In this document: piece by piece, positions 36,932 to 45,903 of the stretch
Layout of the letters: each line of letters starts with the position of its first letter
Position numbering within the stretch: the stretch's first letter is position 1
From: a virus
Taxonomy: Duplodnaviria; Caudoviricetes
DNA: 64,000 nucleotides
Direction: 5' to 3' (one strand)
IMG/VR virus record: IMGVR_UViG_3300031994_000033
Location: 67,627 to 131,626 of that record
The notes under the pieces: model-generated
Databases searched by the model: none
Told to the model about the DNA's origin: nothing
What the model saw: only the letters and a program-made list of their open reading frames with translations
Program-made: the position numbers and the translations under genes

Positions 36932-37790
36932 GTTAGCAATCTCAATCTCTGGCGGCGGTGCGCTTGGTTGCGGACCGCTTCAGTTCATGTGCAGGTTGGA
37001 ATCCGATCTAGGAAAGAAGCTCACAGATCAGAGCGTGGCTTTCGCTGGAACTTCAACTGGCGCTATCATCGCAGCATGTCTAGCAGAGTGTATGTCTGCT
37101 CACGACATCTTCGATCTGTACAAGAACAACTTGAAGAAGATCTTCACGAAGTACCCGTGGTACAAGAGAATCGAGCCTAAGTGTCCGACTTACGACAACT
37201 CGACTCTGAAGGATCTGCTCAAGAAGAATCTCGACGGCAACATCATGGATTGGAAAAAGCCTATCTTCATTCCTACGACTGCTATGAACGGCAAATCTCG
37301 TGAGAAGGTATGGGATCTTGGTGATCCTAAGGTAGAGAAGTGGTTCGCTGTTCTGACGAGCGCTGCTGCACCACGATACTTCGACGTGATCGACAGAGAC
37401 GGCATCTCATACTGCGATGGCGGTATGTGGGCTAACGATCCAGTATCTTGTCTACAGTCTGGTTTGAAGAACATGTGCTTCAACAAGAAGTACAAGATTC
37501 TCACGTTCGCTACCTGCATGATGACTCCAAATACCTCGAGAGGCAACAAGACCATGTTGGGTTGGGGCGAGTACATCTTAGAGGACTGGGTCGCTACGAC
37601 TGGTAACGCTAACTTCTTTGAAGCGAGAGCGAACGTGGGCTACAACAACATCTTCCGTGCTTCTCCTGAGCATCCGACAAAGATCAAGATGGACAAGACA
37701 GACGACGATACGATCAATCATGTCATCGAAGTCTGGGATAAATACTACGACTCGGTCCGAGACCAGGTTGTGAAGTTTGTAAAGGAGTAA
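36924..37790 (+). CDS. Patatin-like phospholipase
   Basis: SGGGALG, GTSTG, SAAAP.YF, DGG..AN.P. Confidence 0.9.
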   Translation: MAKLAISISGGGALGCGPLQFMCRLESDLGKKLTDQSVAFAGTSTGAIIAACLAECMSAHDIFDLYKNNLKKIFTKYPWYKRIEPKCPTYDNSTLKDLLKKNLDGNIMDWKKPIFIPTTAMNGKSREKVWDLGDPKVEKWFAVLTSAAAPRYFDVIDRDGISYCDGGMWANDPVSCLQSGLKNMCFNKKYKILTFATCMMTPNTSRGNKTMLGWGEYILEDWVATTGNANFFEARANVGYNNIFRASPEHPTKIKMDKTDDDTINHVIEVWDKYYDSVRDQVVKFVKE

Positions 37791-37792
37791 AG

Positions 37793-38740
37793 ATGGAAAA
37801 GTATAGAATCATCAAGACTGGTTTGAAGACTCAGAAAGAGTGCGACATCATAGACGGAGTCTTCGGACAGCTCTCTGACGGCATGTGGGAGAACAGCCGA
37901 GCTGCTGAGGGATATTGGCCCTATATCGCCGCTGATCTCAGGAACGGTGAAGTCGTGTTGACTGTTTCTAATTCTTATAGATACGATGGGAGACCCACTA
38001 ATAAGCTGCTTGATATGTCCGATGACGATGTCAAGAAGTGGCTCGCTAAGAAGATCAAGCAGGTCATCAAAGAAGAGGGTCTAGACTGGAAGAGAGACAA
38101 CTCTGATGAGACCGACTATCTCGACACAGCGTGGAGAAAGAGTAAGCAGCCTTCCTCTGTAGCTGACTGCTACTACGTCTATGAAGTTCTCAAGGGCAGA
38201 AACGTCGCTAAGCATCCTGAGTACGCAAAGCAGATGAGCATCTCCGATGCTCTGAAGACTCTGGATGACGCTAAGATCAAGTATGTGCAACAGGAAGATG
38301 AGCCTTGGGAATCTGATCTAGACGAATCGGCTATCTCATGGCCTCTGCTATCTGAAGCTGTGCTGACTCCTGAGCAGAAAGAAGCGAGAAGGAGACGTGC
38401 AAAAGCACGTCGAGAGAGGGCGAAGAGAGAAAATCAGCCATACTACGTCAAGATCTTCCAGAAGTCAGGAAATGTTGGTGGAGGTTGGTGGGTAGAAAAG
38501 CCAGGGAAGCCTGAGTATCAAGCATACAAGGACCTCGCGACCCTCAAGAAGTACTTCGGATCCGACACAGAAGCTCTGATAAACGGCGCCAGACTAGACT
38601 ATGAAGATGGCGAAGCTGGTGGACCTGGCTGGAAGATGAGACTCTGCGATCTGCCAGAGATCCCTGAAGATGTTCTTGAGAAACTCAACAGGGATCTAGC
38701 GAAAGGCGTCTCTATGAGCCACCACTCTCATGAGTGGTAG
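37793..38740 (+). CDS. Hypothetical multidomain protein, possible head internal protein
   Basis: Internal MSISDALKTLDD, LDE|S and LSE|A sites, TPEQKEARRRRAKARR. Confidence 0.7.
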   Translation: MEKYRIIKTGLKTQKECDIIDGVFGQLSDGMWENSRAAEGYWPYIAADLRNGEVVLTVSNSYRYDGRPTNKLLDMSDDDVKKWLAKKIKQVIKEEGLDWKRDNSDETDYLDTAWRKSKQPSSVADCYYVYEVLKGRNVAKHPEYAKQMSISDALKTLDDAKIKYVQQEDEPWESDLDESAISWPLLSEAVLTPEQKEARRRRAKARRERAKRENQPYYVKIFQKSGNVGGGWWVEKPGKPEYQAYKDLATLKKYFGSDTEALINGARLDYEDGEAGGPGWKMRLCDLPEIPEDVLEKLNRDLAKGVSMSHHSHEW

Positions 38741-40387
38741 TTAGGCGTTAGGATCGATCAATCTTTTCTCGAAATACTCAGGCAGGTATTTCGAGAATTT
38801 TTTGTGTTGGAAACTGAATGACGCATCGAGGACGAAAGTCTCTGCGTAGTCTTCGTGGCTTCTCACGGAACGGCCACTAGCCTGAAGCAGTTTCTGCCAC
38901 ATCTTGTTCGAGTACCATAGCGGCACTTCCTCGGACAGCGTCTTAGTTCTGAGGTTGCCAAGAGATTCCCACGGAAGCTTTACGATGATCTGGAATGTAG
39001 ACAGGTCGTCATGCAGGTCGATTCCCTCTGTCATTGAAGACGACACGAGAACAGAGTCCTTGCTGACATAGTGCTCTTCCAGAATATCTTCGTTTCTCAC
39101 TTCGTCAAGGCGCACCAGAATGCGTGAGTCGTGAAGATGCTCCTTGATGTATTTCGAGATCTTCATGTTTCCCGTATGGATGATGCCACGCTGTCCCTTG
39201 TGCTGGTCCATGATGTATTTGACGGACTTCACTATGTTCGCCATGTTCGACTCATCCTGCAGATCCTTGTAGTTGGTGTTGCAGTTGCCGAGCACTACGA
39301 TTGGAGCTTTTCTCGGATCGAAAGTCGATTCGACATCTACGAAGCAGCACTGGTCTGGACGGATGCCTAGGCTGTTAGCGAAGTTAGAGAGATTCAGAAT
39401 GGTAGCAGACATGAAGATGATCTTGTCGGCGAGGCCATCGAAATACTTCTTGAAGATCCAGTCCACGTTCACAGGAACGATGTCTAGACGGCGTTCTTTC
39501 TTGTCCCAGTTGTAGACCCAAGAGTCCGTCTCGTCGCTGTTCTTGTATGCGTCGATCTTTGCGATCGTTTCCAGAATCTCACGCTTGTGCTTGTACTTAG
39601 ACTTGCGTGGATCTGCCGCATCTTCCATCGCTTTCTTTACCTTGCTGTCAACGACTCTCTTTTGCTGCTCAGCTTCGTACTCGATCAACTCTTTTGCGAT
39701 ACTCTGTGCTAGGTTCTGGCAGATGTTGATGTATTTCTCCATCTTGGCAGTCGGCTTAGAGGAGGACTCGAAGTCACAGTGCTTGATGTAGTGGAGATCT
39801 TCACTGCTCAATCTCTTCTCGGCTTCGAAAGCCTTGATCATCTTGTCGGCGCTGAAGCTGATCGTTCCGACGTCCACGAGGAAATCTTCGAGTAGATGTG
39901 CTTCGTCGATTATCATCACGTCTCGCTTGACCTGCTCTCCCTTCGGCGCAACAGCCGATCTCATGATGGAAGTGTTAGCGAGGAAGACCTTAGAGTCGAA
40001 CGCCTTCTTTAGCGTGTTGTAGTACGGGCACATGTCGTTGATCTTGCAATAGCGCTTGATGCCGATAGAAGTAGAGTCAGAACCCTGACAAGGTCCTTTG
40101 TCGCACTTGACATTGTCGTTCACTACGCAGTCGTAGTTCTGCATGCCCTTTAGCATCTGGATAGGAAATCTGTCTTTGAAGTCTCTCCAGTACTGATCCT
40201 GCAGAGCTTTGTTGGTCACTACTATGTAGCTGGAGTTAGCTAGCATCGACTCATAGATTGCGATACCCGACTTTCCAGAGCCCGTGGGCATCTGAGCTAC
40301 AATATACTTCTTGTCTGTTCCAGCTACAGCGTCTAGGAATTTCTGCTGCTCTGGACGAATCTTCTCATAAGGGAATTGAAAGTTCAT
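38741..40387 (-). CDS. DinG/Rad3-like SF2 helicase
   Basis: Q motif IRPEQ, PTGSGKS, Cys cluster, DEAH, EGIDL, QASGRSVRS; start at ATG 40387. Confidence 0.9.
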   Translation of the reverse strand: MNFQFPYEKIRPEQQKFLDAVAGTDKKYIVAQMPTGSGKSGIAIYESMLANSSYIVVTNKALQDQYWRDFKDRFPIQMLKGMQNYDCVVNDNVKCDKGPCQGSDSTSIGIKRYCKINDMCPYYNTLKKAFDSKVFLANTSIMRSAVAPKGEQVKRDVMIIDEAHLLEDFLVDVGTISFSADKMIKAFEAEKRLSSEDLHYIKHCDFESSSKPTAKMEKYINICQNLAQSIAKELIEYEAEQQKRVVDSKVKKAMEDAADPRKSKYKHKREILETIAKIDAYKNSDETDSWVYNWDKKERRLDIVPVNVDWIFKKYFDGLADKIIFMSATILNLSNFANSLGIRPDQCCFVDVESTFDPRKAPIVVLGNCNTNYKDLQDESNMANIVKSVKYIMDQHKGQRGIIHTGNMKISKYIKEHLHDSRILVRLDEVRNEDILEEHYVSKDSVLVSSSMTEGIDLHDDLSTFQIIVKLPWESLGNLRTKTLSEEVPLWYSNKMWQKLLQASGRSVRSHEDYAETFVLDASFSFQHKKFSKYLPEYFEKRLIDPNA

Positions 40388-40394
40388 GTAAGTC

Positions 40395-40448
40395 AATATA
40401 GAAAATTTTGTCAAAAACTAAACAGAAATTTGACAAAATGACTATATT
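40395..40448. promoter_or_regulatory. Symmetric divergent promoter region
   Basis: AATATAG..ATTTTGTCAAA / TTTGACAAAAT..CTATATT inverted symmetry. Confidence 0.6.
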
Positions 40449-40474
40449 TATTCTAACAACATAGGAAACGATCC

Positions 40475-41350
40475 ATGAAAGAACGAAAAAGAGTGCTGCT
40501 TGTCGACATGGCGAACATGGCGATACGGACAGGCTGCAAGTGCTATAGAGACGATCCGACTGACACTACATACAACAACTGGAAGTGCGAAATTCTAGAG
40601 AATCTCGCTAGTCTTGTTCAGAAGACCGAGTCTACTTCAGTGATTCTATGTCTAGAAGGAAAGAAGAACTGGAGATATGAGATTTTCGACGCTTACAAGG
40701 CTCATCGAAAAGAAGAGAAAGCTAAATCTAAGCTCGACTTCGACACGTTCTATCCGATGGCAGACGAGTTCTGCGAGAAACTCCGTCAGTACATTCCGAA
40801 CATCTATCAGCTCAAGGTTGAAGGAACAGAAGGAGACGATCTCATCGCTATCTTGACGAAGAATCTCACTCCAAAGTATGAAGTGATCTGCGTATCGACA
40901 GACCGAGACTTCTATCAGCTTCTGAAGTATAACGGCTACAAGCAGTATCATCCGATCAAGCGGCAATATGTCCACGTCGTAAATCCGGAACGCTACCTTC
41001 TCGAAAAAGTAGTAGTTGGAGACAAGGGAGACGGGATTCCTCACATCAAGTCGAGAGTCTCAGTGAAGACGGCAGCTGATATAGTAGAGAACGGTCTCGA
41101 AGAGTGGCTGAGTGAACAGACGGATGAGGTGAGAGCGAACTTCGAGCGCAACAAGAAGCTGATCGACTTCGACTGCATTCCGATACATGTTCAGTTGAAG
41201 GTGATGGAAGAGTTCAAGAAGCTCAGATTCAGCAGCATGAGCATGCGAGACATGTCCTCGTTTCTGATCGCTGCTGGACTGGGCAATCAGTTCGACAAGA
41301 TTCCAGAATACGCTAACACTTTCATCAGACTTGAGAGAATCGATGTGTAA
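40475..41350 (+). CDS. rnh: T4-type RNase H / 5'-3' exonuclease
   Basis: LVDMAN, NWRYEIF..YKAHR, EGDDLIA, STDRDFYQL, GDKGDGIP. Confidence 0.9.
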   Translation: MKERKRVLLVDMANMAIRTGCKCYRDDPTDTTYNNWKCEILENLASLVQKTESTSVILCLEGKKNWRYEIFDAYKAHRKEEKAKSKLDFDTFYPMADEFCEKLRQYIPNIYQLKVEGTEGDDLIAILTKNLTPKYEVICVSTDRDFYQLLKYNGYKQYHPIKRQYVHVVNPERYLLEKVVVGDKGDGIPHIKSRVSVKTAADIVENGLEEWLSEQTDEVRANFERNKKLIDFDCIPIHVQLKVMEEFKKLRFSSMSMRDMSSFLIAAGLGNQFDKIPEYANTFIRLERIDV

Positions 41351-41852
41351 CAATCCCAAGAAATTCAACCGCTTCTATGTCGATGTGCTCAACTCGCTAA
41401 AGAAGTACTCGACCTGCTCAAGACTCCAAGTCGCAGCGATCTTGGTGAAGGATTCTAGAATTCTCAGCTCTGGCTACAACGGCGTCGCTAAGGGCTGCAC
41501 CGAGTGCAACAAGATCTACAAGAGAACTCCTGACGGCAAGATCACTTGGAACAGCGCTCTAACGCGTCAGACCAGGTTCTTGACAGAGGAAGAGTATCGC
41601 AAAGAGCATCATGAGTTCGCAGACAAGTACGAGATTCACGCAGAGATGAACTGCTTGGGCTTCGCACTGAAGAACAACACGGACATCACGGGAGCACAGC
41701 TCTATCTGACTACTAGTCCTTGTCTGAACTGCTGCAAGCTCATTCTCACTTCTGGGATCAAGGAAGTGTACTACATCGAGGAGTATGATGATCGAAAAGG
41801 CATCGAGTATCTGCTTCAAAATGGTGTAATTTGCGAGAAAATCGAGCTTTAG
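41343..41852 (+). CDS. dCMP deaminase
   Basis: STCSRLQVAA, SGYNG, IHAEMN, TTSPCLNC. Confidence 0.92.
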   Translation: MCNNPKKFNRFYVDVLNSLKKYSTCSRLQVAAILVKDSRILSSGYNGVAKGCTECNKIYKRTPDGKITWNSALTRQTRFLTEEEYRKEHHEFADKYEIHAEMNCLGFALKNNTDITGAQLYLTTSPCLNCCKLILTSGIKEVYYIEEYDDRKGIEYLLQNGVICEKIEL

Positions 41853-41853
41853 C

Positions 41854-42990
41854 ATGACTGATTTTGGAACAGAAGAAATTGATGTTCTCACAGATATTGG
41901 TTGGAAACCAATAAAAATGATATCAGTTAATGATAAAGTGTGGACATTAGATTTATCTTCTAGAAAAGCGAATTTAGAGTTAGTAAAAAGTATAAAGAGC
42001 ATCAAAGTAGAACCGATTTTTCGTATAAGCGGAAAGAATATATTTGGTGAATTTCCGGATAATAATAAGATCTTAATAGAGGATAGATATGGTAAATTAG
42101 AAATCGTCCATATTTCTGATATCTTTAACAACAGAATAAGATATTCTCATAGTAGCATTCCGAAAATAATCGATATACAAGATTCCAGCAGCAATGATGA
42201 GACTTTTATTATACCTGGGGTAATTCCAAAACGCAGATATAAAAATAAGGTCGATACAACTGAAGATCTTATATTTGATAGAGAACTGCTATGTAAAATT
42301 TTAGGACTATGGCTTGCAGAAGGTGGAATTTGGGGTTCTAATAGGAAAGAATTTAGACCTAGACGTATAGTTATAACACAATCAATTGAAGCAAATTCTG
42401 AGAAATGCAAGCAAATAGATGATTTATGGGACGAAATTCCTAAAGATATAGTTACTAGCAGAAGAATATATAGGAGGAAAAAGCTATGGTATATACACGA
42501 TGCACGCTTAGTACACTATTTCCATTCTATGGGTAATATTTATACCAAGAAAATTCCAAATGCTATCTTTGATTTCAATAAAAAGGATTTAGAGCAACTT
42601 TTATTCTGGTTTGCTTTAGGAGACGGACGATCTTCCAAACACAGGAAAAAGTATAATAATATAATTCTAGACAATTATAAAGATATATTTTCAGTATCGA
42701 GAGAACTAACTGAAGGGCTATCGTATATTGCTTTAAAATGTGGAATTGGTATTTCTAATTATCGAAAGATAACTGAGAAAGACTATATGTTCGCAAGTCA
42801 TCTAATAAAAGCTGAAGATCGAAAGCCTTTAAATTTCGTATCTCTGAACGCGAATAAGAATATTTCGCTGAAATACGGCAATCTAAATATAGAAAGAGAC
42901 AAAAAGACTATAGAATACATTAAGCTAGAAACAAACAGCCCTGTAATTTATATTAGAAGTAAAGGCAAAAGCTACTGGACTGTAGATTAA
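41854..42990 (+). CDS. Free-standing, splicing-defective intein-like protein with LAGLIDADG homing endonuclease
   Basis: VLTDIGWKPI..DKVWTL (Hint N), LGLWLAEGG and FALGDG (LAGLIDADG), YIRSKGKSYWTVD (block G lacking Asn); very AT-rich. Confidence 0.75.
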   Translation: MTDFGTEEIDVLTDIGWKPIKMISVNDKVWTLDLSSRKANLELVKSIKSIKVEPIFRISGKNIFGEFPDNNKILIEDRYGKLEIVHISDIFNNRIRYSHSSIPKIIDIQDSSSNDETFIIPGVIPKRRYKNKVDTTEDLIFDRELLCKILGLWLAEGGIWGSNRKEFRPRRIVITQSIEANSEKCKQIDDLWDEIPKDIVTSRRIYRRKKLWYIHDARLVHYFHSMGNIYTKKIPNAIFDFNKKDLEQLLFWFALGDGRSSKHRKKYNNIILDNYKDIFSVSRELTEGLSYIALKCGIGISNYRKITEKDYMFASHLIKAEDRKPLNFVSLNANKNISLKYGNLNIERDKKTIEYIKLETNSPVIYIRSKGKSYWTVD

Positions 42991-43012
42991 ATCATACACA
43001 TAGCTTCATAGA

Positions 43013-43020
43013 TATAAATA
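43013..43020 (+). promoter_or_regulatory. T4-type late promoter
   Basis: TATAAATA 30 nt before the gp21-like ATG. Confidence 0.7.
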
Positions 43021-43049
43021 AAAAGAAAAATATCTATGGAGTCATAATC

Positions 43050-43742
43050 ATGGCTGAATACAAGAAACTTCTGAATGAATCATTTATCAATGATGTAACA
43101 ACATCTAATGGAGAAGACGGAAAAACCCTATATATTGAGGGCGTTTTCATGGGCGCAGAAAAACGCAATAGAAACGGCCGTATATATCCAAAAGCGTTGA
43201 TGGAACGTGAAGTAAACCGCTTCAACGAATATATTAAGAACAATGAGGCTTTGGGTGAGCTTGAACATCCAGCTGAACGAGCTAAAGTTGATCCACGTGA
43301 AGCTGCTATCAAGATTGTTAGCCTACGTATGGATGAGAACTTTGCTCTAGGCAAGGCTAAGGTTCTAGACTACATGCCTAACGGAAAGATGCTTGCTGGA
43401 CTTCTTCAGGATGTTAGAATGGGCGTTTCTTCGAGAGGAGTTGGAGATGTCAATGAGTCTACAGGTATTGTCGAATCGAATTTTCAGCTCATCACTATCG
43501 ACAGCGTATTAGGTCCCTCTTGTCCAGATTCCTACGTTAATGCTGTTCGTGAGTCCTATGAGTGGGTCTTGAACGAGTCTACAGGTCTCTACATCGAGAA
43601 GCGCATTCAACATACACCTGAAGAAGCCATCGCTACACTAGAACCCGCTAAGGAAGCTTTCGAGAAGAAGCTAGACAAGCATGGATCTAAGGCTGTCGCC
43701 GAGGCGTTCAAGGAATTCTTCGAAGTCTATCGACACATCTAA
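43050..43742 (+). CDS. Prohead core protease, T4 gp21-like
   Basis: LYIEGVFM.AE.RNRNGRIYPK, ALGELEHP, GVSSRG.G, D.V..PS. Confidence 0.92.
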   Translation: MAEYKKLLNESFINDVTTSNGEDGKTLYIEGVFMGAEKRNRNGRIYPKALMEREVNRFNEYIKNNEALGELEHPAERAKVDPREAAIKIVSLRMDENFALGKAKVLDYMPNGKMLAGLLQDVRMGVSSRGVGDVNESTGIVESNFQLITIDSVLGPSCPDSYVNAVRESYEWVLNESTGLYIEKRIQHTPEEAIATLEPAKEAFEKKLDKHGSKAVAEAFKEFFEVYRHI

Positions 43743-43758
43743 TTTTTCAGAAAAATCT

Positions 43759-43798
43759 AAAATCCTGGGTTTAGAAATACTCAGGATTTTCTTAAATT
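43759..43798 (+). promoter_or_regulatory. Terminator hairpin overlapping a sigma70-like promoter
   Basis: AAAATCCTGGGT/ACTCAGGATTTT stem containing TTTAGA (43770), with TAAATT at 43793. Confidence 0.6.
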
Positions 43799-43819
43799 TG
43801 AAATATCAAAGAGGAAATC

Positions 43820-44176
43820 GTGAACTACAAGAAACTAAAGGCTACCGTCACCGATGAAGTCAAGAAGCGTATCTTAAATGCTTCTCTCGATTTTGTCAAC
43901 ACGTTCCGTTTCCATGACAGTGATGATCCGACAGAAGTGATCACAGAGTTCGACAACAACTACAACAATGCAGCATATTCAGTTATCCGTGCTGTGCTTG
44001 AGGGTGTAAGAGACGGAATCAATCAGGCTGGCGACACTGCATTCAACAAGTGCATCTCTAAGGCTGTTGCAAACGGAGACCTTTCAGAAGAACGCGCTGA
44101 CATCGTTTCGAACGAGTACAACAGCTACGAGAGCATGGAACTAAACGGCATTGTCGACAACTACTTTAACCAATAA
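43820..44176 (+). CDS. Hypothetical protein
   Basis: GAGG RBS, GTG start. Confidence 0.7.
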   Translation: MNYKKLKATVTDEVKKRILNASLDFVNTFRFHDSDDPTEVITEFDNNYNNAAYSVIRAVLEGVRDGINQAGDTAFNKCISKAVANGDLSEERADIVSNEYNSYESMELNGIVDNYFNQ

Positions 44177-44194
44177 CAATCATAGGACTGAATA

Positions 44195-44647
44195 ATGAAA
44201 ATCGATCAGGCACTACAGATCATCGAATCTAGCAACCTCAAGGCAACTAAGTCTCAAGAGCAGATCGCACGTCGTCGCTGGAGAGCTAAAGTCCGCAGAG
44301 CTCAGAAGAAGACTCCCGAGCTCATGGCTAAGCTCGACAAGATGTATGATCGAGTCATCGACTTTGATCGTGATCTCGAAGCACCTTGGATAAGTCGTGC
44401 TCTTGCTAACGAAGACTACAAGTCCGTTAAGGAAGAGAAAGAACGAATCAACAAGCTCTACAAGAAGGAAGTAGCAGAGCCGTTCGACAAGATGGCTGAC
44501 GATCTCTATCGTGCTATCGATCACGACAAGAACTCTGAGCTGTTCAAGCTTCTCTCGAAGATGTGCAGAAAGCTAGAAGGAATCCAGTTCTTCCACAGCG
44601 GCGCTTGTCCAGAGACAGATGAGATGAGAAGAATCAACGACGTGTAA
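44195..44647 (+). CDS. Hypothetical protein, possible head internal protein
   Basis: MKIDQALQIIE|S and KSQEQIARRRWRAKVRR resemble motifs in 37793-38740. Confidence 0.7.
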   Translation: MKIDQALQIIESSNLKATKSQEQIARRRWRAKVRRAQKKTPELMAKLDKMYDRVIDFDRDLEAPWISRALANEDYKSVKEEKERINKLYKKEVAEPFDKMADDLYRAIDHDKNSELFKLLSKMCRKLEGIQFFHSGACPETDEMRRINDV

Positions 44648-44666
44648 TTTTCGTATATTTTAATAG

Positions 44667-44810
44667 ATGAACCGAATTTTTGACTTTCTAAATAAGATAC
44701 TTGAAGCAGACCCGATAGATGTAATCGTCTGGTTCTTTATGTTCTTGGCAACGATAGGCATATTCGGTATGGGACTGAAGATGTTCATTACAGCGATCTG
44801 GGGTAACTGA
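44667..44810 (+). CDS. Small membrane protein (47 aa), not in the ORF track
   Basis: MNRIFDFL...VIVWFFMFLATIGIFGMGL; TGATG overlap. Confidence 0.55.
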   Translation: MNRIFDFLNKILEADPIDVIVWFFMFLATIGIFGMGLKMFITAIWGN

Positions 44811-45100
44811 TGGATACGGCTAGAGAAGAATATGAAGTAATGAAGCAGCTCTTCATTAGGATGAGCAACGACTACAAGTGGGATCTGACGGTCAACGAGA
44901 GCAACAAGACGCTAATGTTGAAACTGATCGATGGAGATCACGTCATGACGTTCTCTTATGTCTTCGGAAACTCTAAGATCTTTGTTGTGGATGAATGGGA
45001 CGCTATGTCAACTTTGAACACAACTAACTTACAGTATCTTCCAACTGACATAACATTCCGTGTATCGAAGTGGAAGAAGATGATCTCGGAGCGAACATGA
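44810..45100 (+). CDS. Hypothetical protein
   Basis: Coupled ORF. Confidence 0.7.
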   Translation: MDTAREEYEVMKQLFIRMSNDYKWDLTVNESNKTLMLKLIDGDHVMTFSYVFGNSKIFVVDEWDAMSTLNTTNLQYLPTDITFRVSKWKKMISERT

Positions 45101-45390
45101 CCCTTGACGTATTTGCGCTATGGAAGTTCAAGCGTTTCGAAGGAAGACTCAAGGGATTCCATGCGTCAGACATGTTTGTGACAAAGATCGAGCATGGTCT
45201 CGAGGAGTATGAGCTGACTTATGACATCAAGACAAACACGGCTACGCTGAGAGACAACTTCAGCGAGAAGATCATCTTTGAATGTCATTTCAGAGAGCTA
45301 GAGATAAGACTGAGAGAGCTAGGTCTGATGGAAGAGAGGACCGAGAATAGACATTCTTCCGCAGATGTGCCTCTTGAAGTTAAATTGTAA
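45097..45390 (+). CDS. Hypothetical protein
   Basis: ATGA overlap. Confidence 0.65.
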   Translation: MTLDVFALWKFKRFEGRLKGFHASDMFVTKIEHGLEEYELTYDIKTNTATLRDNFSEKIIFECHFRELEIRLRELGLMEERTENRHSSADVPLEVKL

Positions 45391-45413
45391 ATCTTTCTTA
45401 ACAATATCAATTA

Positions 45414-45442
45414 TTTAGAATTTTATGAAAAATTCTTATATT
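45414..45442 (+). promoter_or_regulatory. sigma70-like promoter
   Basis: TTTAGA-N17-TATATT. Confidence 0.75.
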
Positions 45443-45469
45443 GTATGTGTAAAATACATGGAGTAACTT

Positions 45470-45874
45470 ATGAAGAGATTTGCCGAATTTCTAACTGAAT
45501 CAGAGTTGCTTACCGAGATGGCTAGAGTCGGATTTCTAGACGAACTGGAAATTTGTGTCTATACTGATGATCCAGGAAATGTTCCTCACGTACACATAAG
45601 AGATGTAGCTACTAGAGGAAAATTATTTGATGCATGTGTGAAACTGGAATATCCTGAATACTTCGATCATGGCTGCCATACTGACACTTTAAATTCTAAA
45701 CAAAAACGAGAATTAGATAAGTTTATGAATTCTGCTCCAGCAAAAGGTGTATTTAAAACGAATTATGAAAAAGCCGTATATATGTGGAATGACAATAACT
45801 CTAGTAAGGACGTAGAACTAGAGTATTATGACGACGGCAGAGTGATAGTTCCAGACTACACTACTCTTCACTGA
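45470..45874 (+). CDS. DUF4160-like protein with capsid-targeting-like leader
   Basis: MKRFAEFLTE|SELLTE|MARV; VYTDDPGNVPHVHI; WNDNN. Confidence 0.7.
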   Translation: MKRFAEFLTESELLTEMARVGFLDELEICVYTDDPGNVPHVHIRDVATRGKLFDACVKLEYPEYFDHGCHTDTLNSKQKRELDKFMNSAPAKGVFKTNYEKAVYMWNDNNSSKDVELEYYDDGRVIVPDYTTLH

Positions 45875-45903
45875 TATAATTAACTAAACAAGGACCTAAA
45901 ACT

